A stretch of DNA of 64,000 nucleotides, from positions 31,806,001 through 31,870,000 of the forward strand of contig NC_043003.1 in the NCBI RefSeq assembly GCF_006345805.1. Direction: 5' to 3'. Shown here piece by piece: positions 12,524 through 24,287 of the stretch. Below the pieces are notes generated by a model. That model had not been told where the DNA came from. It made no database searches and worked only from the letters and a program-made list of their open reading frames with translations. The stretch comes from Octopus sinensis. Its lineage: Eukaryota. Position 1 is the stretch's first letter; each line of letters opens with the position of its first letter. A program made the translations under genes and the position numbers.

Positions 12524-13814
12524 CGAGGGGCGTTCAATAAGTAATGCCCCTGATCCACTTTCCATAGCAGTAGAGCAACGAAACTTGGAACAGTTATTAG
12601 TCTTTTTCTACATAGGAACCACCCAGAGTTACGCATTTCTCCCATCGTTTGATGCAGCTCTGAAGACTGTTTTTGTAGAAGACCCCAGCTTGGTCCTCCA
12701 ACCACGACGTGACTTCAGAAATCAAGGCTGCATCATCTGGGAAACGCTTTCCTTTCAAAAACAACTTCATGGCTGGGAAGAGGTGAAAATCAGAGGGTGC
12801 AAGGTCAGGAGAGTAGGGGGGATGGGGGATGAGTTCATAGCCGCACACCTGTGCTTCTGATCTGGCGACACGCGAGTTGTGGATCGGAGCGTTGTCCTGC
12901 AGGAGGAGGATGCCTTTGCTGATCTTGCCCTGCCTCTTGATTTTGATAGCTTCTCTTAATTTCCTCAAAAGTGAAGCATAATAGGCTCCTGTAATTGTGG
13001 CACCCTTTGCCAGGAAATCTGTCTTCATTACTCCGTCCTGGTTCCAGAAGACTGTAAGCATGACCTTGCCAGCGGAGGGCGGCACCCTTGCCTTCTTTGG
13101 AGGAGGTGAGTCACGGTGCTTCCACTGCATTGACTGGGCTTTGGTCTCTGGATCATAGTGATGGACCCAGGTTTTATCCTATGCAATCAGTCTTTTGAAA
13201 AGTTTTGACGCATCTTCTTGGCACATCTCCAAATTCATCCTCGAGCAATCGACGCGTTCTTGCTCCTGGAAAGGTGTAAGCAACCTGGGAATCCATCTGG
13301 CAGACACCTTTTGCATATGCAAATGGTCATGAATGATAGTTTCCACAGACCCGGTACTAATCTTGACCTCATGGGCTATTTGGTGAATAGTTATGCGTCG
13401 ATCTTCCAAAATGGCAGCCTCAACTTGACAGACAGATGCCTTATCAATGGCAGAAGGGGGCGACCAGATCTGGGAGCTGTTTCCACAGAGTTCCGACCAT
13501 GTTTGAATTCACGATGCCAGCGTTTTACAAGGTCATATGATGGGCATCATCACCATAAGTTACTTTCATTTCATCAAAAGTCTCCCGTGGTGTGCGTCCT
13601 TTCAAATACAAAAACCGGATCACCGCTCGACACTCAGCATGCTCCATTTCACACTTGACTCAGTTCAAACACCTGTAAATCGGAAACCACAATTAGTTCA
13701 GAGCTGTAATTTGTCACTTAATCTATATAGATATTAATAATTGCACATGCAAAATTGCAGCTAGATCAAACAACTGCAAGTGGGTCAGAGGCATTACTTA
13801 TTGAACGCCCCTCG
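12524..13814 (-). mobile_element. Full-length mariner (DD34D) transposon, 1291 bp, TA target-site duplication
   Basis: ~36-bp TIRs CGAGGGGCGTTCAATAAGTAATGCC(C/T)CTGA(T/C)CCACT, with TA at 12522-12523 and 13815-13816. Transposase runs from ATG 13647 to TAA 12597: MEHAECRAVIRFLYLKG, WIPRLLT, DKTWVHHYDPE, QDNAPIH, HPPYSPDLAPSDFHLF. It has two 1-nt deletions in C runs and one TAG (13179-13181); repaired length is 350 aa. Confidence 0.97.
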
Positions 13815-14972
13815 TATGCATAAACTGCTCTAAATTAGCGGAGTTGGCGTAGGTTACCTCCACGGTGTCTCGATTGAAAATAGCATGATACCGATTAGAT
13901 TTAGGAAAACACTTGTTCAAAACAGCAAAAACATTTCTAGCTATCCTAGTTGAAACATGCAAACAGAAAATTGGGTTCAATCAGATGACATCCTGATTCC
14001 TATATCTGTTGTTAGGTTTATTTTGATCGAGTGCGTTGTACAGGATTAGAACAAGGAGTTGAATTATTATGTCGCATGTGTTCTATCAGTTTTCTTTGGT
14101 AGTTCATTGACATGACCAGTTTTTTCTGGCATGTATTCTTTATCCGACTGATTTCTCAAAAGGTAACGTTGTGGTGGTATATGATGTGCATCGCAGTTGT
14201 AGGAATTACCAGTGTTGCTTATGTCTGCTTCTTGTATATATTGAATTTCCTCACCGTGCCGAGCCCTAGCTAGAGCATCATTATAATAAGATGCATGAGA
14301 TTCGAAACATTTATTGTTAGCAGATAATGTAGAGATTATAGTAGAAATATTCTTAACTAGTCCCCGTATAATCAAGGGTGGATGGTTGGATGCTACGTTA
14401 AAGTACTTAATATGATCATTCGGTCTATAAGATGGTTCAAATAATGCAGCATCAAGACAGAAGTTTGCATCAAGAAAATTCACTCTATGATAATCTTTAC
14501 CTATAGTAATGTTTAGTCCTAAATTTGTGAAAGAAAGTCTAAATAAAGTTTTCCTATGCCTTTCTAACTGTGGTTTACTACATCTGACTAGAAAAAATAA
14601 GGCGTCTTCCCTTATACAGACTCCCTGTTACTTCCGGAAATGAAGACTGGATTAATGAAAGGATATATATTCCGACTAGGTTACTAGCCTGAGCAGAACC
14701 ATGTGAGACCATTGCTATTTCAAAAGCATTTTCCCTATCTAATCTACTACATTTTGTACCATCAAAATCTACTAGAGTGCCTTGCGTAGCAAGTATAATA
14801 TCTATTTTGCGTCTGGACAAATTGGATTTTTTCATGCTAAAATTCAGGGCTTGATTAAGAACGATCGGGTTGATAGTGGCATACTAGCTCCCGATATCAA
14901 GTTGCAGGAATTTACTAGTTTTGTTAATAATTTCTCGTATATTCCATCTTCTGTCTTTCATCTATTATATAT

Positions 14973-15047
<75 letters not shown>

Positions 15048-15060
15048 GTATATGTATATA

Positions 15061-15316
15061 TGCTTGTTTGCCATATTCGAATATAAACAAGCACATACAC
15101 ATACACACACACGCGGAGACATACATTAAATACACGCGTAAGTATGTATGTATGTATATATATATATAATATATATATATATATATAATATATATATATA
15201 TACATACATACATACATACATACATACATACATACTTACGCGTGTATTTAATGTATGTGTCCGCGTGTGTGTGTATGTGTATGTGCTTGTTTATGTTCGT
15301 ATGTGGCAAATAAGCA
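15061..15316. repeat. Inverted repeat, ~95-bp arms around a (TA)n spacer
   Basis: 15061-15155 (tgcttgtttgccatattcgaatataaacaagcacatacac...tacacgcgtaagtatgtatg) is the reverse complement of 15222-15316 with few mismatches. Confidence 0.9.
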
Positions 15317-15496
15317 CACGTACATATGTGGGAAACCGAAATCAAATATGAGGAAAGTAGTTTTTATCAAAAAATACTAACGAAAGCAAATATAACCGTA
15401 GTGGAGAAACTACTAATTTGATTAAAAGTTCTGCTGTATTTGAAGCACAAAACAAGTTTCGAGGAATAAACATGTATTTTACATAAACTGAAATAA

Positions 15497-15497
15497 C

Positions 15498-15585
<88 letters not shown>

Positions 15586-15627
15586 TTAATAATAATAATA
15601 ATGATAATAATGATAATAATATAGATG

Positions 15628-15721
<94 letters not shown>

Positions 15722-15735
15722 TGATAATAATAATA
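15497..15735. repeat. (AAT)n microsatellite
   Basis: Directly visible. It produces the spurious poly-L ORF 15479-15748. Confidence 0.97.
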
Positions 15736-15959
15736 GTAGTAGGTTCATGAAATAAGACGATAAAAATATTTTTTATTACTTTCTAAGTAAATAGATGAAA
15801 AACATTAGAAGTAAAGAATTCAGTTTATTGATAATATAGTTCTAAAATACATTTCTCATTTGTTGCATGAATAGACCATTTGATATGACATATACAGCCT
15901 CTAGCTAATTGCATTACGAGCACATGAATTGATGTTTAGACTTGTATGCATAACAGTGA

Positions 15960-16163
15960 TGCGGACGAGAATGGTGGTGGTGGTGGTGATGGTGGTGATG
16001 GTAATGGTTCTGTTGGTGATATATATATATATATGGTAATGATGATGACGATGATGATGAGGACAATGGTGATGATAACCTCAACATTATTATCCTCACA
16101 ATCAGTAACACCATCACTACCATCATGATCTTCTTCATTTTCATTATGCTCCACCTTTAATTG

Positions 16164-16201
<38 letters not shown>

Positions 16202-17050
16202 ATTGGGTTGAACCAGAGGACATCCTGATTCTTATATCTGTTTTTAGATTTGTTTGGTCGCGTGTATTGTAAAGGATTGGAACAAGCAGTTCAATTATTA
16301 TGTCTTATGTTTCTATTGAGTTTTTGGTGGTAGTTCATCGTTATGCTCAATTCTTTCTCGCCTGTATTGCTTATCGGAGGGATTTCTTAAACACTAACGT
16401 TGTGGTGGTATACGATGTGCATCGCAGTTATAGGAATGACCAGCATTGCTTATGCCTCATCATCATCATCATCATCGTCATCTTCATCGCCATCATCATC
16501 CTAGTCATCGTCATCGTCACCATCTTCATCGTCGTAAACGTCATCATCGTCATCGTCATCATTATGATCATCATCATCATCATTATGATCATCATCATCA
16601 TCCTCATCAACATCATCATCAATACCACCACCACCACTACCACCACCGCCACCATCATCATCATCATCATAATCATAACAACCATTACCACCACCACCAC
16701 CACCACCGCCGCCATCATCATCATCATCATCATCATCACCGTCATTGTGATCGTCATCTCTTTGATTACAATCAAGGTCAACTAATCAATATTACCACAG
16801 TGATCATCATAAACGTCACATTAATTATAATTTTGTATAGAGAATCATTAACATCAGCGTCATGATAGTTGTCATCGATTTCGTCAGTGTTATAAATAGC
16901 TATAGCACTATCAACATAAACAACACACTATAAGTAACTCCACCACCATCACAACAACCATCGCCACAACCATCATCGTTGTGTTCGCTACCGTCGTATT
17001 GTTTATCATCGTCGCATTCATCCACTCCTCGTCGTCGTCATCATCATCTC
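15960..17050. repeat. Compound (CAT)n/(CAC)n/(GAT)n/(GGT)n trinucleotide field
   Basis: Directly visible. It explains the poly-H, poly-I and poly-M ORFs at 15914-17111. Confidence 0.9.
16218..16455 (-). mobile_element. PLE fragment paralogous to 13985-14222
   Basis: gacatcctgattc(t/c)tatatctgtt...aattattatgtc...aacgttgtggtggtata(c/t)gatgtgcatcgcagtt(a/g)taggaat..ccag..ttgcttatg is shared between the two sites in the same orientation. Confidence 0.85.
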
Positions 17051-17245
17051 CATTTATATACTTTGGTGTATGTGTTATTGCTGAAATCCCAGCCATATTA
17101 ACGTCTAACATTGAGATCCATTTGTATGCCCCGATGTTAAAAACATTTTAGTCGGCTCAGAAAATAGGTAGTGACGAATATTAATTCCAGGCCATCTACT
17201 TAGATGATCACACGCATGCACGCATACACACCACACACACACACA

Positions 17246-17276
<31 letters not shown>

Positions 17277-19382
17277 ACACTCACACACACACACAAACAC
17301 AAACACATACACACACATTCACACACACACACACTCACACTAACAACATTTCCATGCGTTAAACATTGAAAATAGCATAAGTCCCCTGTTCGCTTTCTCA
17401 TTGCTTAATCGCTCATTTTGTTAGTATCGTTTGTGATATAGTGCAAAGAATGCATTATCTCGCGAAGGAAAAGGTTAGGGACATGAGATTTATACAGACA
17501 TTCAATAATTCGTCACCAAAGTACACTCACATCTCATGAAATCCTTTTACCATGCTCCTGTTGGTTAAGGAAATAATTTAATCTAGTAGTTTTCTTCTAG
17601 GAGACCATCAGTTCCCTCTAGCAGACTTTCCAACAAAAGATGGACTTCTCTTTAGAGAAAATAGTTGCCTCTTCAGAGAAGTTCGGCTCCTCCTGGCCCT
17701 TCTTATTGGTTTCTGTTAAAGTTGATGGCCATTCTGGAGGATGTATCTTCTCCACGTTTCCCATGTTCCTTTAAACACTTCCTGTAGTTTTACAAGTATC
17801 CCTTATCCCAATCTCTTACCCATAATTTAGCTGTTCTACATTACCCACAGAAGCCGAACTCTTACGAGAAAAAATCTCATACATCTGTTTCCACGGACAT
17901 ACTCTCACTAGATTTGCTGCAGTCGACTATTTCCTCCTTCCATCAATTCATCAGTCATTGCTGGTTACAGCCGGGGTATTAAAGTTCTCTGTTTTCTGAT
18001 CAGTTTCTGGTTTTAATAATGAGAGGGCGATATGTTCCAGCGCCTACTGAAATTCCACCTACAGCTGTCGTTTGCGCCGGACCGTTATGCTCTGATGCTA
18101 ATTATCTCCGTCAATAATCCGTCCTGAGACGTGTTGGCTATTGCAAAAGGACACGATCCTAGGCCATTTTGCAGTCATATAAAATTGTTAGGAACCTACC
18201 TAACGTATGAACCTACCTGATCACATGCCTCCAACAAATTACAACGTTGCTGATCACATACAACTTTTGTGCAACTTAATCTCTTATACCGAATACCTTG
18301 ACACCAGTTTTTGGATAGCTGTCGTGCGTATAGATTAAAGAACGAAAATAATGTACGATATTGATCTCGCTTTCTTTATGTTTGAGTTTTTCCCATCCAA
18401 ACGTCGGTGGAAGTTGTCTCCCCTTTTTGGATGGTGCATAGACTAGCAGGTATGCTGGATTTCTTTATTCACATTCCTTGATCGTAATTTGCATGAGAGA
18501 AGCAATAGTCTGTATGACATAGGATTGCTATGCAATCTTACAATTAAGTGTCTCATATCAAAGGTTCTTATCTTTAAAAGTACATTTACAAACGACAGAG
18601 TGTGACCTGCATTCGAAGCACACTCATATTAATGTTATTCTTGCATTTTTTGCTGCTGTTGTTTTGGTGGAGGTGGTGGTGTTCGTTGTCTTTGTGGTGT
18701 TTTTGTCAACGAGTTATTTACATTATTCCTGTCCAACTCTTAAATTTCATTAGCATGTTTTATGTTTTCGCTTATCAAACAATTCACATATGTTTTGCAG
18801 TTTTTCTTATTTTTAGCCGTGCTATACCAAAGTTCTGAACAATATTATCGTTCTTTGTTAGAAGGCATTGTTTTCTTTTTTACCTCTCATGTCGAATATT
18901 TGTGTTTTTTAATTTCCTTTTGTTTCATTTGCGTTTGCGATCAGTTATGTTTTATTCATGTTTCCTTGCGGCGTGATTGGCCATTTTGTTTAATATGGCC
19001 ATTTTTGATAAGATCGAACGATAAGATAAGTGTCAAAAAGAGACGAAATTTTAACGTCTGACACAAAATGGGACCCATTCCGCATTGTTGGGTAATCCTT
19101 ACTCGTGAATTATCCAAATTTAAAAGTTCTCTCATTTACAACTGGTAAAAATGATCATATTTGGAATGACAGACACAAGACGTTCGTTATTTGATAGATG
19201 ATACGGTTCTCATAAAGTAGAGAATGCAAGAAATTTACAGAAACATGCGGTATAGAAACAAAAGTAATCGAGAAAGGAATAGAGGTGTAACAACGTTATG
19301 AAATATATGTATGTAAACATGCATCTACGTATATATATGTATGTATATATAAGCATAAAAATATATATGTATACACACACAC

Positions 19383-19433
<51 letters not shown>

Positions 19434-19439
19434 ATATAT

Positions 19440-19733
19440 GGAGGCGCAATGGCCCACTGGTTAGGGCAGTGGACTCGCGGCTGTAGAATCGTGGTTTCGA
19501 TTCCCAGACCGGGCCGGGCGTTATGAGTGTTTATTGATTGAAAACATCTAAAGCTCCACGAGGCTCCGGCAGGAAGAAGGGGCAATCCCTGCTGTACTTT
19601 TTCGCCACAAATTTCTCTCACTCTTTCTTATGTTGGCCTGCTCGCTTAGCCAGCAGTAACGTCATTTGAAGGCTAAAACAATGACGCCAGCGATATGTAC
19701 CAATATCTGAAAGTCTGATCGGTCACGGTGATC

Positions 19734-19737
<4 letters not shown>
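19440..19737 (+). mobile_element. tRNA-head SINE (GGAGGCGCAATGGCCC family)
   Basis: A-box-like TGGCCCACTGG and B-box-like GGTTTCGATTCCC, body gagtgtttattg..aaaacatctaaagctccacgagg. Homologous to 50820-51162 over the 5' ~180 bp. Confidence 0.9.
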
Positions 19738-19774
<37 letters not shown>

Positions 19775-19884
19775 ATTATAATAATAATAACAACAACAAC
19801 AACAACAACAACAATAATAATAATAATGATAACAACAACAGCAACAACAACAACAGCAATAATAATAATAATAATAATAATAAT

Positions 19885-20930
19885 AGCGCAGTCTATTAAG
19901 GAGACGAGAAAACATATTAATATTCTGGAAAGGAAAAAAAAAGAAATGAAGTTCAGCGAGAGAAATCTTTTGAGCTAGAGACGAAGCATAGAGTGAAGAG
20001 AAAAGGAATCAATGTTGTGATTGAGGAATTAAAACAGAGGTTGAAAGCTAAAGCACTTAAACTCGGGAGATATGAACAGATATTTGAACAGTATAGATTA
20101 AACAGACTTTTCGAACAAAATCAGAAACGAGTCTATCAGGAACTGGATGGGTAAGAAAAAAGTGTGAAAAAGCCGTGCCGGATGCTGAAGAAAGCAAAAG
20201 ATTCTGATCAAACATATGGTCTCAGAAGAAACAACACGAAACTAAAGCAGAGTGGTTAAAGACACTCAAAGAGGAGAGTAGAAAATATCAGCAGGAAGAT
20301 TTAAGAACAACTGAGATGATTAGAGAGCAGTGCAGGAAAATTTCTAAATGGAAAGCCCCTGGTCCAGATGGAGTTCAGGGCGTTTGGGAAAAAGGAAGAA
20401 CGGTATTTTGCCAGAAGGACCGAAGAAAAGCGAATGCGACTGGAAATGTTCGACCAATAACTTGTTTACCACTGATGTGGAAACTGATGATGAGCATCAT
20501 ATCAAACAGCAGCTATAAGTACCGAGATGAGAACGACCAACTACCAGTGGAACAAAAAGGGTATAGACATAACAGCAGAGGGATGAACGATCAATTACTA
20601 ATCGATAAGACTATCCTGACCGATTGCTAGAAGAGACACAAAACTTTGGCGATGGCACGGGTGAACTACAGGAAAACATATGATATGGTTGCACACTCGT
20701 GGATTATTGAATGCTTTAAACTGCTTAAGTTATCCCACAACATCCTGAAGTTAATACAAAACTCAAAGACAACGTGGCGAACTGAACTCACAACATGGGT
20801 AGATAAGCTAGAAGAGGTAAATTTCAAAAGATGAACCTTTCATATGGACAGCCTGTCGCCTCTCCTATTTTTTGTCTGCTTGTTGCAACTAACGAGCGTC
20901 TATAGAAAGATGCTTGTTGGATACATGCTA
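19885..20930 (+). mobile_element. R4/Dong-type non-LTR retrotransposon fragment (RT N-terminal half), decayed
   Basis: Translations: VIEELKQRLKAKALKLGRYEQ..RLNRLFEQNQKRVYQEL; KWKAPGPDGVQG; NVRPITCLPLMWKL; LPVEQKG; DQLLIDK; AMARVNYRKTYDMVAHSWI; DSLSPLLF. It begins directly after an (AAT)n tract (19858-19884). Confidence 0.85.
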
Positions 20931-21059
20931 TCCAGGGTCTGCACATATACATACTTACACATATAAATACATACACAAACAAATATATATATATATATTA
21001 CGGAGATGTTCTTGCAGAGCGAGTGACTTCAACTGAGATTGTGTGCTGAATTAAAAATC

Positions 21060-21307
21060 ATTGCAGCGTGGAAGGTGTTTATATTCCATTTAAAAACACA
21101 TAACAGCTGTTAGATTCACTTCAATATTTAAATTTAATTTGTCACAATATTTTCGTTGCTTTAAAACCGCAGCAAAAGAATTTTATCAGTGAATAGTTCG
21201 CGGTTTCAAAGCGACGAAAATATTGTGACAAATTAAATTTAAATATTGAAGTGAGTCTAACGGTTTTTTGTGTTTCAAATGGTTTATAACACCTTCCATG
21301 CTGTAAT
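21060..21307. repeat. Inverted repeat, ~110-bp arms with ~29-nt loop
   Basis: 21060-21170 (attgcagcgtggaaggtgtt...tgtcacaatattttcgttgctttaaaaccgc) pairs with 21200-21307 (gcggtttcaaagcgacgaaaatattgtgaca...aacaccttccatgctgtaat). Confidence 0.9.
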
Positions 21308-21494
21308 TGTTTCTACATAACAATGTTATGTTTTTCTCTTATATTTCTTGAGTTTGTTGCACCGATGAACATGAAATGCATATTCTGCTTTATATTCTGC
21401 TTATATTTACTTAGATATTGCACTCACATATACACACGCCTTGCTACATGAACACACACACATACACACACACACATATATATATATATATATT

Positions 21495-22088
21495 TAAGTA
21501 AAAAAAAGAGTTGAACGCAGATGTTATTCAAATTCTTTTACTTTCGACATATGTTTCCAAGACTACTTTGCTGTTATTCCAAAGGAATACACGGTGTAAA
21601 ATAACACACTTATAGAGTGATCTTACAAATGTAAGCACTGGCAGAAACACACCTTTAGCTCATATAAGTGATTTATACCAGCCTGTATAGTTTGAACATT
21701 TATTTCACCTGGCACTTTACTTCAATAGAGAAATCTACCTCCAAGCCTTTAAACAGTTTTTCAACCAACATATCCATCTATATTTCTCCTTTATTTGTTC
21801 TCTACTTATTATTCCTTTACTCCTTCTCTTTCTATGGTCTACCTTTGACGTCAGATCTACTAACGGCTATTTTTTAAAAAACTTAATAGCGTTCTGTTTA
21901 TCATTTATGCAGTCATCAAAATTGTTATAATGTCTTGTTGAGATGGGTTCTCTTTCTTTTCTGATGAGTAGATTACATTATTTTACACAGTTTATTCCTT
22001 TGGAATAAAATCAGTGTTGTCTTCGAAACATATGTCGAAAGTAAAAGAATTTGACGAACATTTACGTTCAACTCCATTTATTTACTTA
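21495..22088 (+). mobile_element. Short non-coding PLE derivative with ~110-bp inverted ends
   Basis: 21495-21603 is the reverse complement of 21978-22088. The interior (21640-21970) aligns with the reverse complement of the 3' region of the PLE at 45655-46960 (cagaaacacacctt..catataagt; ctacctttgacgt; aaacttaat(a/g)gcgttc). Confidence 0.8.
21956..22041 (+). ncRNA. Type I hammerhead ribozyme motif with canonical core
   Basis: CTTTT-CTGATGA(21961-21967)-GTAGAT...GTCTTC-GAAAC atat GTC-GAAAG. Stem I is CUUUU/GAAAG, stem III is the palindrome ACATATGT, and the predicted cleavage is after C22036. Confidence 0.75.
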
Positions 22089-22324
22089 TACTATACAAAT
22101 TACTGCACATTAACCCGGAGTTTCTACCTATGAATAAGTCGCTACATCCTTGTTCCTTGCGTGAATTTTGCTACCCTAGTAACCGTTTATTGAATTTTCC
22201 GTGTTAATTATAAACAAAGTATAATTCATTCATCCATTTATATATATAATAATAATATTAGGGAGTATATTCAAACTTACAGGTAAAAATTAGATTTAAG
22301 ATTAAATCAAATTTCACAGTATAA

Positions 22325-23023
22325 ATATAAATTAAATTAGAGATCAAAACACTATAGGCAAATCAAACAGTGAAAGACATAAACCAAAACATGAAAATAA
22401 ATATAATTAATATAATATACAAAATAAATAAAATATAAAATTTAAAATTTAAATTATTTAAATTTAAAAATCTTTATATTTTTATATTTTTAAATTTTAA
22501 ATTGATAAATTTTTAAACATCTAATTTTTTAATTAATTTTTTTATTCATATATACTATCAAAACGTATTAAAAAGTTTAATATAATATAAGTAAAACCAC
22601 TACGTAGTGGTTTTACTTATTATATTATATTAAACTTTTTAATACGTTTTGATAATATATCCTTAAAATCCTTGAAAATGTTTTAGCCCGAAAGCCGCGG
22701 CCATGCTGGGGCAAGTGGTTTTACTTATTATATTATATTAAACTTTTTAATACTTTTTGATAGTATATATAAAAAAAATTAATAAAAAAATAAAAAAATA
22801 AAAAAATTTAAAGTTGAAAATTTATAAAATTAAAATTAAAAAAATATAAAATTATAAAAAATTATAAATATAAATTTTAAATTTTAAATTTAAATAATTT
22901 AAATTTTAAATTGTATATTAAAAATTTTATTGTATATTATATTAATTTTATTTATTTTTATGTTTTGGTTTATGTCTTTCACTGTTTGATTTGCCTAATA
23001 GTGGTTTTATCTCTAATTTAATT

Positions 23024-23027
<4 letters not shown>
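22325..23027. repeat. Very AT-rich nested fold-back
   Basis: Palindrome centred on ACTAC|GTAGT (22603/22604) with ~55-bp arms, then a GC-rich spacer (22685-22712), then a second longer inverted copy (22714-23027) of 22325-22600. Confidence 0.85.
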
Positions 23028-23054
<27 letters not shown>

Positions 23055-23069
23055 TATATATTCATATAT

Positions 23070-23290
23070 CAAGGCAGCGAGCTGTCAGGACCGCTAGCTC
23101 ACCGGACAAAATGATTAGCGGTGTAGTGCCCATCTTTAGTTTATGATTTCAAATTCCGCGAGGTCGACTTTGCCTTACCATTCAACCTTTCGGGTTCGAT
23201 AAAATAAGTTCCAGTTTAACATTTGGGTCTATGGAATCGACTTACCCCAACCCCGGAATTGCTAGCCTTGTGCCAAAATTTGAAACCAGT
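23070..23290 (+). mobile_element. tRNA-head SINE (GGCGGCGAGCTGGCAGAA family), diverged
   Basis: aaggcagcgagctgtcagga...ttcaaattccgcgaggtcgactttgcctt...gataaaataagttccagt...ccttgtgccaaaatttgaaacc. Confidence 0.85.
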
Positions 23291-24232
23291 ATATATTTAG
23301 TTACCTTTTAGTTATTTTGGTTACCGCATTTGTTACCTCATAGTTTGTCTTCCGCAAATAATGAGTGGTGATTCTTGCACATCCTAATGGTTTCTGCGAT
23401 CGAATGCAAAACCATGTGACAGTGAAGCGAAATTCCTAGTCAAACAGCTAGTATTGTACCCAACGATAGGCAGATGATGGTAAAATAAAGCATAAATGCA
23501 CTAAAAAAGCACTGAAAATATAGCACGGTACAGCAATTTACACATTTTATGAAATAGTTTCACTATAATCTATGGAAGACGCATTTATGTCAGCAACATG
23601 GCTAATGCAGTATTTATACTACACAATACATTTCTAATACTGTACAAACAATTTCACAAGTAATAATACCATCAACAACAAGAAATAGCAAAACAAACCC
23701 TAATTTATGAAAAGCAGATCGTTGCGTCTCTGTGCTGGCTTTTAGTAACAATATGTAGCCTGTTAGAAATCAATAAAAATAATAGCAGTTGGACGGACAA
23801 TCACATCGCTTTCACTGTGTTGTCAAAGCATGTTGTATAATAACATGACCCTGATATTTTAAGACATCACATGTTCGATATTATTCTATCGCCAATTATC
23901 TGAAGCAATTCGTACTGAATGCAGGATATTCATTCCCTCTTGTTGTAAATGCTGTTTTGCCTGCCGCCATTGATGGAGTCCCTTTAGTTTAGATGGAACA
24001 CTTTCAGATAATGCAGTTGATTTGTATTACATTGGCGGTATAAAAGTTACGTGCTTTAATCCTTCGTTTCATAATTAAGTGCTTCCATGATGAATTGCAT
24101 GGTGCAATATTTTGGATTTCGGACAATTCTTTTCTATATCAACCTAAAGTTGAACAATATATTTTTAAGTAAAATTTGTTAGATAGAATCCAGTACATAT
24201 ACATACATACATACATACATACATACATACAA

Positions 24233-24270
<38 letters not shown>

Positions 24271-24287
24271 TATATATATATATTTAT

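Larger units (their letters stand above)
11301..14968 (-). mobile_element. 5'-truncated Penelope-like element (RT core, thumb, Cys-rich linker, GIY-YIG), interrupted by a mariner
   Basis: RT pieces FEIAMVSHGSAQASNLVGIY..SLYK (14578-14835) and NFLDANFCL..YRPNDHIKYFNVASNHPPLII (14067-14483); AIFNRDTVEVTYANS (13798-13980); CPCSDKSKCPLMNLC..LVYK (12234-12434); endonuclease tail with FIW*LKG and CRLC (~11990-12230). Bases 14924-14968 are an inverted copy of the 3' terminus 11301-11348. Confidence 0.85.

Noticed and set aside
17480-18320. Possible decayed LTR-element gag/protease region on the minus strand
   Set aside because: Higher complexity than its surroundings, but no motif could be read with confidence.
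19440-19515. tRNA genes at SINE heads (also 37001, 50820)
   Set aside because: A and B boxes are present, but they run into repeated SINE bodies and I could not fold a full cloverleaf.
23560-24150. Helitron/PIF1 helicase remnant (GG.GKT-like) on the minus strand
   Set aside because: Needs several indels to read the motif; not distinguishable from chance.
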